A DNA stretch of 64,000 bases from an uncultured delta proteobacterium (GCA_963769935.1 CAVYNY010000018.1:32001-96000); one strand, 5' to 3'; positions 52,572 through 63,273 are shown, counted from the first letter of the stretch. Notes: a model not told the origin generated them from the letters alone. Made by a program: numbers and translations.

Positions 52572-53243
52572 TTGAGGAGCCCGTACGTGAAGGACGTCCA
52601 ATTCAACAAGACACCGATTCGCCTTTTTAAATCGGATTTTCTTGAATTTTTTACACACATCCATCCGGCTGTCGTGCTGATTATCTGGGTACCGGTCTCC
52701 GCGGCATTTGCCGTCTACGGCATCGTGAACCGGCCGCAAGGGGTACCATGGATTTACTTTCCGATATGCCTGGTCGCCGGCCTTGTACTCTGGACCTTTA
52801 CGGAGTATACGCTGCACCGCTTCGTATTTCATTTCCGACCGCGAAACAGTTGGCAGGAGCGGATCACATATCTTTTCCACGGTGTACATCACGCCCAGCC
52901 GATGGTAAAAAGCCGGCTGGTGATGCCGCCGGTGGTGAGCATCCCCCTGGCTCTCATGTTTTACTATTTCTACACCTATGTCATCGGCGAACTGTTGGGC
53001 CGGCCGTACTGGGTGTATCCCCTGTTTGCGGCCTTTTTGGCGGGATACATCTGCTATGACATGATCCACTACACCAGCCACTACTTCAATTTAAAGTCGC
53101 GGTATCTGAAACATGTTCGAAAAAACCACATGCGGCATCACTGGAAGACGCCGGACAAGCGGTTCGGCGTGACGAGTATTTTGTGGGATATCGTTTTCGG
53201 GACGCGGGTAAAAGAAGGGCAGCAATCTGACGACGATCAATAA
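52572..53243 (+). CDS. fatty acid hydroxylase/sterol desaturase (FA2H-like)
   Basis: His boxes EYTLHRFVFH, HGVHH, YDMIHY..H, HMRHH; FGVTS..WD.VFGT. Confidence 0.9.
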   Translation: MRSPYVKDVQFNKTPIRLFKSDFLEFFTHIHPAVVLIIWVPVSAAFAVYGIVNRPQGVPWIYFPICLVAGLVLWTFTEYTLHRFVFHFRPRNSWQERITYLFHGVHHAQPMVKSRLVMPPVVSIPLALMFYYFYTYVIGELLGRPYWVYPLFAAFLAGYICYDMIHYTSHYFNLKSRYLKHVRKNHMRHHWKTPDKRFGVTSILWDIVFGTRVKEGQQSDDDQ

Positions 53244-53334
53244 AAAATTTGCCGTCAAGCAGGAAGATTTTGATTCACTCGCTGCTTACCGGCAGACTGC
53301 AAGGCACTCACTCGGCTGGAGGTGCCTTTTCGTT

Positions 53335-54219
53335 TTGCCGGAATGGCTGCGGGCCTGGTGGGACGTGTTTGGCGGTGCCGCCGATCTCAGGATTCTCTCT
53401 GTCGGCAATCAGGAAAATATGATCGGCCTGGCCCCGCTCCAGCTAAAAGGTGACAGCGCCTCCCTTATCGGTAGCACCGATGTTTGCGACTACCTCGATT
53501 TCATTGTCGCCGCCGGCCGGGAAGGGGAGTTCTTCGATGTCTTGCTCGATTATTTAAACCAACAGGGCATAGCGCACCTGGAATTGGGACTTTTGCGGCC
53601 GGATTCAACTGTGCTCTCTTATCTTGTCAAAGTGGCCGAAAATCGGGGATGTGCGGTTTCCACCAGCGCTGAAGATATTACGCTGGAAATGGAGCTGCCC
53701 GCGAGCTGGGATGATTACCTGGGCCTGTTGAACGGCAAACAGCGCCATGAAGTCAAACGCAAACTCAGAAGATTGTCCGAGGCCGGCGACGTCAATTTGC
53801 GGGTCGTGGAAGATGCCGCAGAAATCCCCGAGCACATGCCCACCTTTTTTGAGCTGTTTAAAATGAGCAGCAGCGAGAAAGCGGCCTTTATGACCGATCA
53901 AATGACCGCTTTTTTCCAGGCGCTGGCGGGTGCAATGGCAAAGTCGAAGATAGTGAAGCTTTACATACTCGAACTGAATGACGCGCCGGCGGCCGCAGCC
54001 ATGTGCTTTGATTTCAACGCGGCGCTGCATCTGTATAACAGCGGCTTTGATCCGCGCTTCCAATCATTGAGCGTTGGATTATTATGCAACGTGCTTAGCA
54101 TCAAAGACGCCATCCAAAGCGGCAGGCAAAAATATGACTTTTTAAAAGGCGCCGAAACTTATAAATATCGTCTGGGCGGCCGGGAAATTCCTCTGTATAG
54201 TTGCAAGATAGGGCTGTGA
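53335..54219 (+). CDS. GNAT family acetyltransferase (CelD/BcsL-like); start may lie ~100 bp upstream
   Basis: DVCDYLD, KQRHEVKRKLRRL, YNSGFDP, DFLKGAETYKYRLG. Confidence 0.85.
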   Translation: MPEWLRAWWDVFGGAADLRILSVGNQENMIGLAPLQLKGDSASLIGSTDVCDYLDFIVAAGREGEFFDVLLDYLNQQGIAHLELGLLRPDSTVLSYLVKVAENRGCAVSTSAEDITLEMELPASWDDYLGLLNGKQRHEVKRKLRRLSEAGDVNLRVVEDAAEIPEHMPTFFELFKMSSSEKAAFMTDQMTAFFQALAGAMAKSKIVKLYILELNDAPAAAAMCFDFNAALHLYNSGFDPRFQSLSVGLLCNVLSIKDAIQSGRQKYDFLKGAETYKYRLGGREIPLYSCKIGL

Positions 54220-54356
54220 AAGCTGTGAGTATTCGGAGACTTTGCTTGAAACAGCCGGCAAGTTGCTCGATTAGCGGAGCAGACAAAAAATTTCAGGTGT
54301 CAGGCCTAAAATGCGCTAAGTTATTTTAAAAACAACATTAAAATCAATATCGACTG

Positions 54357-54429
54357 TCTTGGCTCTCAACGGTGGGCAATGCCCACCCTACATCGGTAAT
54401 GTGGATTCAACAGGCAGTGAGTTCCAGAT
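54357..54429 (-). repeat. GTAG-type REP-containing dispersed repeat, copy 2
   Basis: Reverse complement of 13821-13894. Confidence 0.85.
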
Positions 54430-54623
54430 GCACAATCGTAATTGAGTTTCCTTCTTATGCGGTTTTATAAACACAATCAGTGTCATTTATGCAGCTACAA
54501 GTTTTATTTGCCCATCAAATTGGCAGCCCTCCCATGGCGGGTAAACATCCAGGCTTGGCGACTGGGCTGCCTGCCCTGCTTAGCCTTGAAGGCGAAGCGG
54601 GGGCACCTGAAACCTTCTCTTTC

Positions 54624-55565
54624 TTACAACTTCTTTTCATACCACTCGGTTTTCATGTATTTTTCAAACCCGGCGGATTCATAGAGCGCCAGGGCGGCCG
54701 GCATCCCACTGTCGGCCTTTAATTCGACAAGTTCGACGCCTTTGTGCTCAAGGTGGGATAAGCCCGCCAGCAAAACATTTTTGCCGATCGATTGTTGCCG
54801 AAAATCAGGATCCACACCCAGCATATGAATTTCGCCCCTGCTCCCTCCGCCGGCCTCACGGCTTTCATGGAATATCCGCGTCCAGCAATAGGCGATGGGT
54901 TTATCTTCCCGGTAAACCATGATGACATCTTCCGGGGTGCAGGTGCTGGAATGAACCCGATAGGAAATTTCATCCCGGGTATTGGGATTAAAGCCCCAGG
55001 TACCGGCAAAAGCGCGGTTCTGGATGGCAGTCAATTTATCTTCTTCACCCGGCCGCAGACTGCGAAAGATATAGTTATCCGTTTTGATCTCCGGTAATTG
55101 AACCGCGGCAAGATCCAGCCGGTAGCCAATGAAATGGCGGATAAATTTAAGACCCAGCCGCGTGCACAATTGCCTGGCTGCCAGGTTGTTTTTCGCGATG
55201 CAGATTTGCACCCGTTCGGATCCGGCCGCTTGCGCACGCCGGACGGCGTGATCAAAAAGTGCGGTGGCAATGCCCTTTCTGCGGTGCCGCGGATGCACAA
55301 GCCCGCCCACCAGCGCACGCCCGATACCCGGTTCCAGGAAAACCCTGATATAACCGATCATGTTTTCAGCATTCCGGGCCAGGAACAAATCATTTTCCGG
55401 CTGCAGCCCGGGATGTCCCAATGCTTCTGCCAACAGCGATCTTGAAACGCGGTGGTCGGCATTATCCAGCTTTTCAGTCTCAAGATGCAGCCGGAGATAG
55501 TTTTCAAAATCAGCCGGCTGATAGTTTCGAATTGTCCAAACACCGTCGGTCATTTCAATCTCCAT
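54624..55565 (-). CDS. tandem-GNAT acetyltransferase, mycothiol synthase (MshD)-like
   Basis: Two GNAT domains (VHPRHRRKGIAT; GEIHMLGVDPDFRQQSIGK), NRAF, YCWT, ALALYESAGF. Confidence 0.75.
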   Translation of the reverse strand: MEIEMTDGVWTIRNYQPADFENYLRLHLETEKLDNADHRVSRSLLAEALGHPGLQPENDLFLARNAENMIGYIRVFLEPGIGRALVGGLVHPRHRRKGIATALFDHAVRRAQAAGSERVQICIAKNNLAARQLCTRLGLKFIRHFIGYRLDLAAVQLPEIKTDNYIFRSLRPGEEDKLTAIQNRAFAGTWGFNPNTRDEISYRVHSSTCTPEDVIMVYREDKPIAYCWTRIFHESREAGGGSRGEIHMLGVDPDFRQQSIGKNVLLAGLSHLEHKGVELVELKADSGMPAALALYESAGFEKYMKTEWYEKKL

Positions 55566-55753
55566 CAGGATTAAGTAATCTCGAACGCATTAGAGTATAA
55601 GTCCATGGGATGCGAATTTCAATGCAGCCGGACACAAAAACCCCGCAGTGTCTTCCATTTTGGCTTTTTGATATTATTTTTAGACCTTGAATCACCAAAT
55701 CATTGCGCACTGCCTGTGCGGTAGCTGATAAAGTTGACTGGAGGTTTATTTAA

Positions 55754-56446
55754 ATGACAGATGCAGACATTATGGTTGTGAGTCCACACCCGGATGATGC
55801 CGAATACGGCGTCGCCGGTACGGTAGCGCGTTGGGTAAAAGAGGGTAAGCGCGTGATTTACGTGGTGTGCACCAATGGAGATAAAGGCACTTCGGATATC
55901 AATATGGATCCGGAGAAATTGGCCGACACGCGAAAAAAAGAGCAGCGCGCCGCAGCGGAGGTCCTGGGCGTCAGCGAGGTGATTTTTCTCGGACTTCCGG
56001 ATCAGGGACTGGAAGACACCCCGGAGTTCAGAAAGCGGATTGTGCGCCTGATAAGGCAGTACCGGCCCCATACCATGGTAACCGCAGATCCCTATCGACG
56101 CTATATCTGGCATCGGGACCATCGCATCACCGGTCAGGTTGTCCTGGACGCGGTTTTCCCCTACGCGAGGGATCATCTCGCCTATCCGGATCTATTTGAA
56201 GAAGGCCTGCCGCCTCACAAGGTAAAGGAAATATTTTTCTGGGCGGCCGATGATATCAATTATCGTTCCGACATCACCGCGACATTTGATCTTAAAGTTC
56301 AGGCCCTGCGCTGTCATAATAGTCAGATGCAGCAATTGGAGGTTCCCAACCCGGAAGGCTGGCTGCGTCAGCGCTGCAAGGATATCGCCAAAAAAGAAGA
56401 TTTTGAGTTGGGCGAGGCGTTTCACCGGGTTGAAATATTGAGGTAA
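55754..56446 (+). CDS. PIG-L family deacetylase (MshB/BshB-like)
   Basis: PHPDDAE, TNGDKG, R..E, HRDH, H.SQ. Confidence 0.88.
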   Translation: MTDADIMVVSPHPDDAEYGVAGTVARWVKEGKRVIYVVCTNGDKGTSDINMDPEKLADTRKKEQRAAAEVLGVSEVIFLGLPDQGLEDTPEFRKRIVRLIRQYRPHTMVTADPYRRYIWHRDHRITGQVVLDAVFPYARDHLAYPDLFEEGLPPHKVKEIFFWAADDINYRSDITATFDLKVQALRCHNSQMQQLEVPNPEGWLRQRCKDIAKKEDFELGEAFHRVEILR

Positions 56447-56451
56447 AATGA

Positions 56452-56760
56452 GCTTCATTTCTGGAAAACGAAGAGTTCATCACTCAAGCCAGGGATACCC
56501 TCAGAGAACTGATTGTTTTGCTGGGCAACGAACTTGCGGCTGCTCCCAAAGACGAAGCGAAATGTCTTGCACTGCTGGTTGGAGCGCTGCTCAAACTAAG
56601 GCAAAACTTCCGGGCCAACAAGCAATGGGCTGAGGCCGACGAGATCCGCGATAGCCTGTATCGGGTCAACATAACGGTGGAAGATATCGAAGGCGGTTCG
56701 CGCTGGCAGCTCGCATCGAATTGTAAAAAGGGGGCTCCCCAAAAAAACAAGGAAAGTTAA
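56452..56760 (+). pseudogene. C-terminal CysRS anticodon-binding-like fragment
   Basis: LLKLRQNFRANKQWAEADEIRDSL...VEDIEGGSRW; frame begins right after a stop at 56449-56451. Confidence 0.65.
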
Positions 56761-56900
56761 CCTTAACGAAAGACAGGCTTGAATTATTCGCCGGATGATA
56801 GTATTGCCGACGTGCGCGTTCCGACCGCCTTGTCGGAAACCGCCCGAACCGCAAGCACGGTGGGCTTGTCGCCCGACCCGCTCGATTCGAAATTATTAGC

Positions 56901-58181
56901 TTGCAGGTAAATGAGAGTGCCGAGTTGAAAGAAGACTGTTTAAAAATTGCGATGCTGAGCATCCATTCTGATCCGATCGGAGAGCTGGGATCAAAAGATA
57001 CCGGCGGTATGAGCGTCTACATCCGAGAGCTTGCCCGCGAGCTCGGCCGACGCGAGCACCATATCGATATATACACCCGGTTGCAAGGGGACGAGAAACA
57101 ATCCATAACCGATCTTTATGACAATGTCCGCCTGATCCATCTTGGCATTCCAAACGGCGGCCGTCTGTCAAAACTGGCGCTTTATCATTACCTGTCAAAA
57201 TTTTTCCGGGCCCTGGAAGATTTTCGCTCGGCTGAAAATCTGTCCTACGATATTATCCACAGTCACTACTGGTTGTCCGGTCGGTTGGCCAACTGGGCCC
57301 AAAGTTTCTGGAATCGGCCGCATGTTGCCACATTTCACACGCTGGGTGAGGTCAAAAATCGAACGGGCACCGGTGCGCATGAACCCGGGTTCCGACTCGC
57401 CGCCGAAAAGGAGATCGTTCACACCTGCCACCGCATTTTGGCACCGACGGCGCGGGAGCGCGACAGCCTGGTCAGGTTTTATGGTGCGCCGGCAGAAAAA
57501 ATCGGCGTGGTGCCATGCGGGGTCAATCTGGATCTTTTTTACCCGGAACCGAAAACGGCAGCCCGCAACCGGCTGGGTTTGAATCCGGCCGACACCATTC
57601 TTTTGTATGTCGGTCGATTCGATCCGTTAAAAGGATTAAACACATTGCTGGAAGCAATGACTTACCTCAGGCATCATCCTCGGATTCGACTGGTAGTCGT
57701 CGGCGGTGATGGTGACCTATCCCCCGAATATCAGGCCTTGGCTGAAAAAACCGAAAGGTTGGCAATTGAAGGAAAAGTGATGTTTGTAGGGCGCATCGAC
57801 CAACACAATCTACCGCCGTACTACAATGCCGCGGATGTACTGGTGATGCCGTCCCGTTACGAAAGCTTTGGAATGGTGGGATTGGAGGCTTTGGCCTGCG
57901 GCATACCGGTAGTCTCCACCCCCGTGGGAGCTGTCGACAGCCTCATCCGCAATGCGCGGGCCGGCTGCATTGTGTCCGATCCCTCTCCCCGATCCCTGGC
58001 CGAAGGAATTCAATCAATCATCAACGATCGCTCCATTCCGGCGGCGGATGCGATCCGTCAATCCATTCTCGACTACAGCTGGCCCAATGTGGCGTCCGGC
58101 GTCATCGCTGAATATGAAAGCGCAATAAAGCAGCAAATTTTTGAAGACGATCACCGGATTCCCGCCCGAGCCTCATTTTGA
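56901..58181 (+). CDS. GT4 glycosyltransferase, MshA-like
   Basis: HSDP....G..DTGGMSVYI, HSHYWLSG, TFHTLG.VK, PCGVN, ESFGMVGLEALACG. Confidence 0.85.
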   Translation: MQVNESAELKEDCLKIAMLSIHSDPIGELGSKDTGGMSVYIRELARELGRREHHIDIYTRLQGDEKQSITDLYDNVRLIHLGIPNGGRLSKLALYHYLSKFFRALEDFRSAENLSYDIIHSHYWLSGRLANWAQSFWNRPHVATFHTLGEVKNRTGTGAHEPGFRLAAEKEIVHTCHRILAPTARERDSLVRFYGAPAEKIGVVPCGVNLDLFYPEPKTAARNRLGLNPADTILLYVGRFDPLKGLNTLLEAMTYLRHHPRIRLVVVGGDGDLSPEYQALAEKTERLAIEGKVMFVGRIDQHNLPPYYNAADVLVMPSRYESFGMVGLEALACGIPVVSTPVGAVDSLIRNARAGCIVSDPSPRSLAEGIQSIINDRSIPAADAIRQSILDYSWPNVASGVIAEYESAIKQQIFEDDHRIPARASF

Positions 58182-58194
58182 GTCAACTGATTTA

Positions 58195-58836
58195 CTAGGC
58201 TGAAGACCACAAAACATCGCCGCAAAGATTGGGCGCATGAGGCCTGGCGGAAAATGTCTCAAATGCCTGCCGCTCTTTCTCCACAATGGTAGAATCGCCG
58301 TGGCCCGGAAAAATTTGCACGCCGTCGGGCAAAACGAAAATCTTGGCGGTCAGAGACGCCACAATTCTCTTGAAATCAGCGGGCGATCCCGTATTTCCCG
58401 GTCCATCCGGAAACAGGGTATCACCGGCAATTAAGTAATTGCCGGTCAGAAAGCACAGGCTGCCCGGTGTGTGCCCCGGTGTATGCAACACAGACAATTT
58501 AATATCGCCGCAGGCAATGACATCCCCGTCATTTAGCAATCGACCCGCTGCTACCGGCAGCCGGCCGGCATCGTCGGCGTGTGCGGCCACCGGTACAGCG
58601 AGGGCTGATTTTAATTCGGCCAGGGCACCGGTATGGTCCATGTGATTGTGGGTGATCAGAATATAGCGGGGGGTCGTTCCTTCGAGCAACTCCAATATTT
58701 TTGGGGCCTCCCCCGGCACATCCACAACCACGCTTTCGCCGGTATGGCGGCAGATCAGGACATAGGCATTGGTGCCGTAAGGTCCCAGCTGGAGTTTCTC
58801 AATTTGGATATGCTCGTCTTTTGCCACGGTTGTCAT
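58195..58836 (-). CDS. MBL-fold metallo-hydrolase
   Basis: THNHMDH, HTPGHTPG, GDTLF, PGHG. Confidence 0.9.
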   Translation of the reverse strand: MTTVAKDEHIQIEKLQLGPYGTNAYVLICRHTGESVVVDVPGEAPKILELLEGTTPRYILITHNHMDHTGALAELKSALAVPVAAHADDAGRLPVAAGRLLNDGDVIACGDIKLSVLHTPGHTPGSLCFLTGNYLIAGDTLFPDGPGNTGSPADFKRIVASLTAKIFVLPDGVQIFPGHGDSTIVEKERQAFETFSARPHAPNLCGDVLWSSA

Positions 58837-58846
58837 TTTAGCCTCC

Positions 58847-59392
58847 TTATAAATTCCTTTGCACATTCACATTTTCGCTGTCGTAAGTGCGGAAAATCAA
58901 TTTTTCCCGTTCCCGCCGCTCGGGCGGGAAGGCAGCCAACCGGTAGGAATCCAAATTTTTGGTGACGGCATCCTTCGAGGGAACGGCATCCATCCCTTCA
59001 CCAATTTTTTTGCCCGAAATGGTATCCAGTACAATAGCCGTTTTACCATCGGAAACGACCGCCAGGGGAATCTGATAATCATCCAGCAGCCGGGCTGCGG
59101 CCACGATTTCTCTTTCCCGCGACCCGAGGGAACCGGCGGCACACTTAAAGGCCATAATCCGTTTTTTTGCGGCACCCACGGTCACCACCAGATCCACCTG
59201 GGAGCCGTATGGTTTTCCAGCAACATTCATTTCAATTTTGACATCCGTGGCGATATCATCCTTTGAATAACCTTTGGCATTGACTAAAAATTGCTCCACG
59301 GCCTGCCGGTTTTCCTCGGCACCGATATTCGGAATCTCCCGGCCGGTGACATAGTCGGTGATCATTGTATAGGGTTTCAGGGTATCCGGCAC
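58847..59392 (-). CDS. HsdR N-terminal-like (PD-(D/E)xK) domain protein
   Basis: EENRQAVEQFLV..KGY, VDLVV, KC, VVSDG. Confidence 0.7.
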   Translation of the reverse strand: MPDTLKPYTMITDYVTGREIPNIGAEENRQAVEQFLVNAKGYSKDDIATDVKIEMNVAGKPYGSQVDLVVTVGAAKKRIMAFKCAAGSLGSREREIVAAARLLDDYQIPLAVVSDGKTAIVLDTISGKKIGEGMDAVPSKDAVTKNLDSYRLAAFPPERREREKLIFRTYDSENVNVQRNL

Positions 59393-59407
59393 AATAAGCT
59401 CCCGACG

Positions 59408-59536
59408 GAATTGAAGATTGAAGATTGCAAATTGAATATTTGTGGATGTCCTCTGCGCAGCACCGCCCGTTGCTCTGTTCTTTTAAAAACGAAAGAATAC
59501 CTTGAATATTCAATATTCAATCGAAAATATTCAATC
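59408..59536. repeat. 7-mer (ATTGAAG/ATTCAAT) inverted tandem-repeat element
   Basis: attgaagattgaagattgcaaattgaat ... attcaatattcaatcgaaaatattcaat. Confidence 0.65.
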
Positions 59537-59538
59537 GC

Positions 59539-59940
59539 TTAGGCATCCGCCAGCTTCTCGGATGAGGCGGCAGCGTTTTTATGCTTTTTAAGAGAAGGCG
59601 TCATGATTCGCTGGGCATCGATCCACAGCCCCTCCAGGTCATAGAATACCCGTACAGGCTCATAAAACACATGGATGATCACATGCCCGTAATCCAGCAA
59701 CACCCAGTGGCCGTCTTTGGTGCCTTCCACGCTTAAAGGCTTTATCTTGTGCTTCTTCAGATCGGTTTGTATAAATTCCGCAATGGCATTGACCTGTCGA
59801 TTCGAGCTGCCGCTGCAAATAATAAAGACATCCGCGTAGGAGGTTAATTCAGCAACGTTCAGCACCACCACATTGCCGACTTTCTTGCCCAAGACAGCCT
59901 TGACATAAAGATCAAGGGGAGGGTCCATCGTATTCGTCAT
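59539..59940 (-). CDS. rsfS: ribosome silencing factor
   Basis: FIICSGSSNRQV, WVLLDYG, FYDLEGLW. Confidence 0.95.
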   Translation of the reverse strand: MTNTMDPPLDLYVKAVLGKKVGNVVVLNVAELTSYADVFIICSGSSNRQVNAIAEFIQTDLKKHKIKPLSVEGTKDGHWVLLDYGHVIIHVFYEPVRVFYDLEGLWIDAQRIMTPSLKKHKNAAASSEKLADA

Positions 59941-60602
59941 AAATATATTCCTTTGGATTGGATAAATTCAGCAACTTTCTGCGGCACCAGATATCCGATC
60001 GACCGGCCTTCTTTTGCCAGCCTGCGGACCGCCGTTGAAGAAATGTCCAGAGCGGTTACCTCAAAAACATAGACCGGTTGTTTGTCCGGTGAGCAGAAAC
60101 CGCACTGGGATTCGGCAAAGACATAGTCGGCGGATATTTTAGCTTTCAGGTAATCTTCCAGGACCTTCCATCGGAACCCATGGGCACCGATGCCGGCCTT
60201 CGGACGATTGATAATTATAAAAGGAATCTGCCGCAGCAATTCTTCATAGGATTTCCAGGTATCGATTTCAAGAAATGCATCCAGGCCCATAATCAGAAAG
60301 ATCCGGGAGTCAGCAGGCAGAGTGCGCTTAAAATGGTGTACAGTATCGATCGTATAGGATGGTCCGGATCGCTTTAATTCAACGTCTGAAAGTTCCAGGC
60401 CTGCAGAATCTTCAAGCGCCAGGCGCAGCATAAGCAGGCGGTCGGCTGCTTCAGCCACTTCTCCGGGCAGTTTGTGGGGCGGCAGGGCCGCGGGAATCAG
60501 AATAACCTCATCCAGTTCAAACCCTTCTTTTACCTCCAGTGCAGACCGGAGATGACCGAAATGAACCGGATTATACGTGCCGCCGAATAGTCCGATACGC
60601 AT
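59937..60602 (-). CDS. nadD: nicotinate-nucleotide adenylyltransferase
   Basis: GGTYNPVHFGH, SYTIDT, ISST.VR. Confidence 0.95.
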   Translation of the reverse strand: MRIGLFGGTYNPVHFGHLRSALEVKEGFELDEVILIPAALPPHKLPGEVAEAADRLLMLRLALEDSAGLELSDVELKRSGPSYTIDTVHHFKRTLPADSRIFLIMGLDAFLEIDTWKSYEELLRQIPFIIINRPKAGIGAHGFRWKVLEDYLKAKISADYVFAESQCGFCSPDKQPVYVFEVTALDISSTAVRRLAKEGRSIGYLVPQKVAEFIQSKGIYL

Positions 60603-60629
60603 AGAAAAGCCTGCTTTTGGTTATTTGTT

Positions 60630-61889
60630 CTATTCACGAATTTGTCCATTCCCCAGCACCACAAATTTCGTGGTCGTCAGCTCCTCCACTCCCATAGGCC
60701 CAAAGGCATGCAGTTTAGAGGTGCTGATGCCGATTTCGGCACCCAGCCCCAGCTGACCGCCGTCGTTAAAACGCGTTGAAGCATTGACCAGCACCACGGA
60801 TGAATCCACTTCCCGCACGAAGCGTTTCGCCCGCTCATAATTCCGGGTTACGATGGCTTCGGTATGGTTGGATGAATATTCGGCGATGTGGGCCATCGCC
60901 GCGTCCATATCTTCCACCACTTTAATGGCCAGAATTAGATCAAGGTATTCGGCCGGCCAGTCTGATTCGGCCGCTTTCCCGGCAGCGGGCAGGATGCGGC
61001 AAGTTGCTTCACATCCTCTGAGCTCCACTCCCGCCCGCAGAAAACGTTCGGCCATGGGCGGCAAAAATGATTCGGCCGCCGCCTGATGCACAAGCAGGGT
61101 TTCCAGGGAATTGCACACACCGGGGCGCTGGACCTTGGCATTGAAGCAGATTTCCTGCGCCATATCCAAGTCGGCATCATCATCGACGTAAATATGGCAA
61201 ACCCCTTTGTAGTGTTTTAAGACCGGAATTTTCGAGTTCTCCACCACAAACCGGATAAGCCCTTCGCCGCCCCGCGGAATGATGAGGTCTACAAACTCCT
61301 GCTGTTTCAAAAGCGCCAGCACCGCCTCCCGCTCCCGCACCGGTACCACCTGCACGGAATTTCGCGGCAAATCCGTATCGGCCAGTGCCCGATAAATGAT
61401 TTGGGCCAGGGCCTGATTCGAATGAAATGCTTCCGATCCGCCGCGCAGGATGACCGCGTTGCCGGCTTTAAGACACAACCCGGCGGCATCGACGGTCACA
61501 TTGGGCCGCGACTCGTAAATGATGCCGATGACTCCCAGCGGAATCCGCATGCGCGCAACCTGCAGTCCGTTGGGCCGAATCCAGGTCTCACTCATGGTCC
61601 CGACCGGGTCGTTTATTCCCACGACCTCATTCAGGCCGGCCACCATCGAAGAGATGGTCTCATCTTTAACCGTCAGCCGATCGATCATGGCGGCGGAAAG
61701 GCCCTTTTCTTCCGCCCGGATCAGGTCCTTGCGGTTTTCCGCCTTGATAAAGGCGGCTTCCCTTTCAAGATAGTCGGCAATTGACAGCAATGCCGCATTT
61801 TTTTGATCCGAAGATAGCCGGCCCAGCTTTTTTGCCGCAGCCTTGGCGGCTTGAGCCATTTCCTGGATGGTTGCTTCGGTAGGAGTCAT
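60630..61889 (-). CDS. proA: glutamate-5-semialdehyde dehydrogenase
   Basis: [40 protein letters not shown]. Confidence 0.97.
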   Translation of the reverse strand: MTPTEATIQEMAQAAKAAAKKLGRLSSDQKNAALLSIADYLEREAAFIKAENRKDLIRAEEKGLSAAMIDRLTVKDETISSMVAGLNEVVGINDPVGTMSETWIRPNGLQVARMRIPLGVIGIIYESRPNVTVDAAGLCLKAGNAVILRGGSEAFHSNQALAQIIYRALADTDLPRNSVQVVPVREREAVLALLKQQEFVDLIIPRGGEGLIRFVVENSKIPVLKHYKGVCHIYVDDDADLDMAQEICFNAKVQRPGVCNSLETLLVHQAAAESFLPPMAERFLRAGVELRGCEATCRILPAAGKAAESDWPAEYLDLILAIKVVEDMDAAMAHIAEYSSNHTEAIVTRNYERAKRFVREVDSSVVLVNASTRFNDGGQLGLGAEIGISTSKLHAFGPMGVEELTTTKFVVLGNGQIRE

Positions 61890-62103
61890 TGTCTTTTCCC
61901 GATACTCTTAATGAATGCTATTTCGTACTGCAGATGCTCGATACTGGATACTCGATGCCGGATGCTGGACTCGATGACTTAATATGGCTACTTTATTCCT
62001 GGTTTAAAAACGATTAACATCCTTAACTTTAGTTTTACAAGGCAATTTAGGCATTTCTTTAATCACCTGCTGATTGGATATAAATAAAGGCGCGCGATTT
62101 CAG

Positions 62104-63273
62104 CTAACGCAGTCCCCGATCACCCAACTCACATACCTCATCCTCCGCAGTAATAGCAAGATTATCCCGGTGTATAACCTCGTCGTAGGATTTGTGGCCC
62201 AGCACCTGCGTAATGCGGTTGGACTTCAAGCCCTTGATCTTTTCAATGTCAGCCGCGCTGTAGTTGACCAGTCCCATACCCAGGGGTTCGTTGCGCAGAT
62301 TCCGAAATTCCACCGGTGCACCGACGCCGAATTCATTTTTCACTTCAACGATGCCGATGGGCAGCAGGCTTTTCCCATTTTTCAGGATGGCCTTGACGGC
62401 CCCGTCGTCAATTCTGATGATGCCTTTGGGTTTTAAAGAATAGGCGATCCAGCACTTGCGCCGGGTCAGTTTCTGTCTATTGGGCGCGAAGAACGTACCG
62501 TGCTTTTCTCCGGTAAACAACTTGAGCAGGATATTCGGTTTGTCGCCTTTGGCAATCACCATGGGCACACCGGCTGAAGTAACCTTGCGGGCCGCTTTAA
62601 TTTTGCTGATCATTCCGCCGGTTCCTAAAGCACCGGGAATATGGCCGGCCAGCATTTCGGTAGATTTATTGATATGCGCCACCGTCGCGATCAGTTCGGC
62701 CTCCGGATGAACCCGCGGATCCCGGGTAAAGAGCCCGTCGATGTCGGTGAGATTAATCAACAGGTCCGCATCCATCAGCAGGGTGATCATCGCGGCCAGA
62801 TTATCATTGTCGCCCAGCTTGATCTCCTCGACCCACACCGTATCGTTCTCATTTACAATCGGGATCACCTGCCAGGACAGCAGGGTGTTAAGGGTATTTC
62901 TGGCGTTCAGATAGCGCTTGCGATTGGATAGATCCTCACTGGTTAAGAGAATCTGGGCAACTTTCAATCGGTACCGGCCGAAGGCTTTTTCATATTCCAT
63001 CATCAGGCCGGCTTGGCCGACGGCCGCTACCGCCTGGCGCTTGGGAAGTTCATCCGGTCTTGCCGGCAGGCCGATTTTTTTTATCCCGGACGCCATGGCG
63101 CCGGATGAAACCAGAATCACTTCCAGTCCGTTTGCGATCAACTGCCCTATCTGGCGGGTGAGGGACCGTATGACTTTCAAATTCAGACCATTATCTTCGG
63201 TCAACACGTTGCTTCCCACCTTCACCACGATCCGTCTGGCCCCGTCAAAGCTCAATTTATTTTTTTTGGCCAT
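62104..63273 (-). CDS. proB: glutamate 5-kinase
   Basis: VVKVGS, VSSGA, NENDTV, GDNDNL, GTGGM.SK, PUA domain. Confidence 0.97.
   Translation of the reverse strand: MAKKNKLSFDGARRIVVKVGSNVLTEDNGLNLKVIRSLTRQIGQLIANGLEVILVSSGAMASGIKKIGLPARPDELPKRQAVAAVGQAGLMMEYEKAFGRYRLKVAQILLTSEDLSNRKRYLNARNTLNTLLSWQVIPIVNENDTVWVEEIKLGDNDNLAAMITLLMDADLLINLTDIDGLFTRDPRVHPEAELIATVAHINKSTEMLAGHIPGALGTGGMISKIKAARKVTSAGVPMVIAKGDKPNILLKLFTGEKHGTFFAPNRQKLTRRKCWIAYSLKPKGIIRIDDGAVKAILKNGKSLLPIGIVEVKNEFGVGAPVEFRNLRNEPLGMGLVNYSAADIEKIKGLKSNRITQVLGHKSYDEVIHRDNLAITAEDEVCELGDRGLR

Noticed and set aside
58847..59392. Type I restriction-modification system
   Set aside because: Only a short N-terminal-like domain; no helicase, hsdM or hsdS
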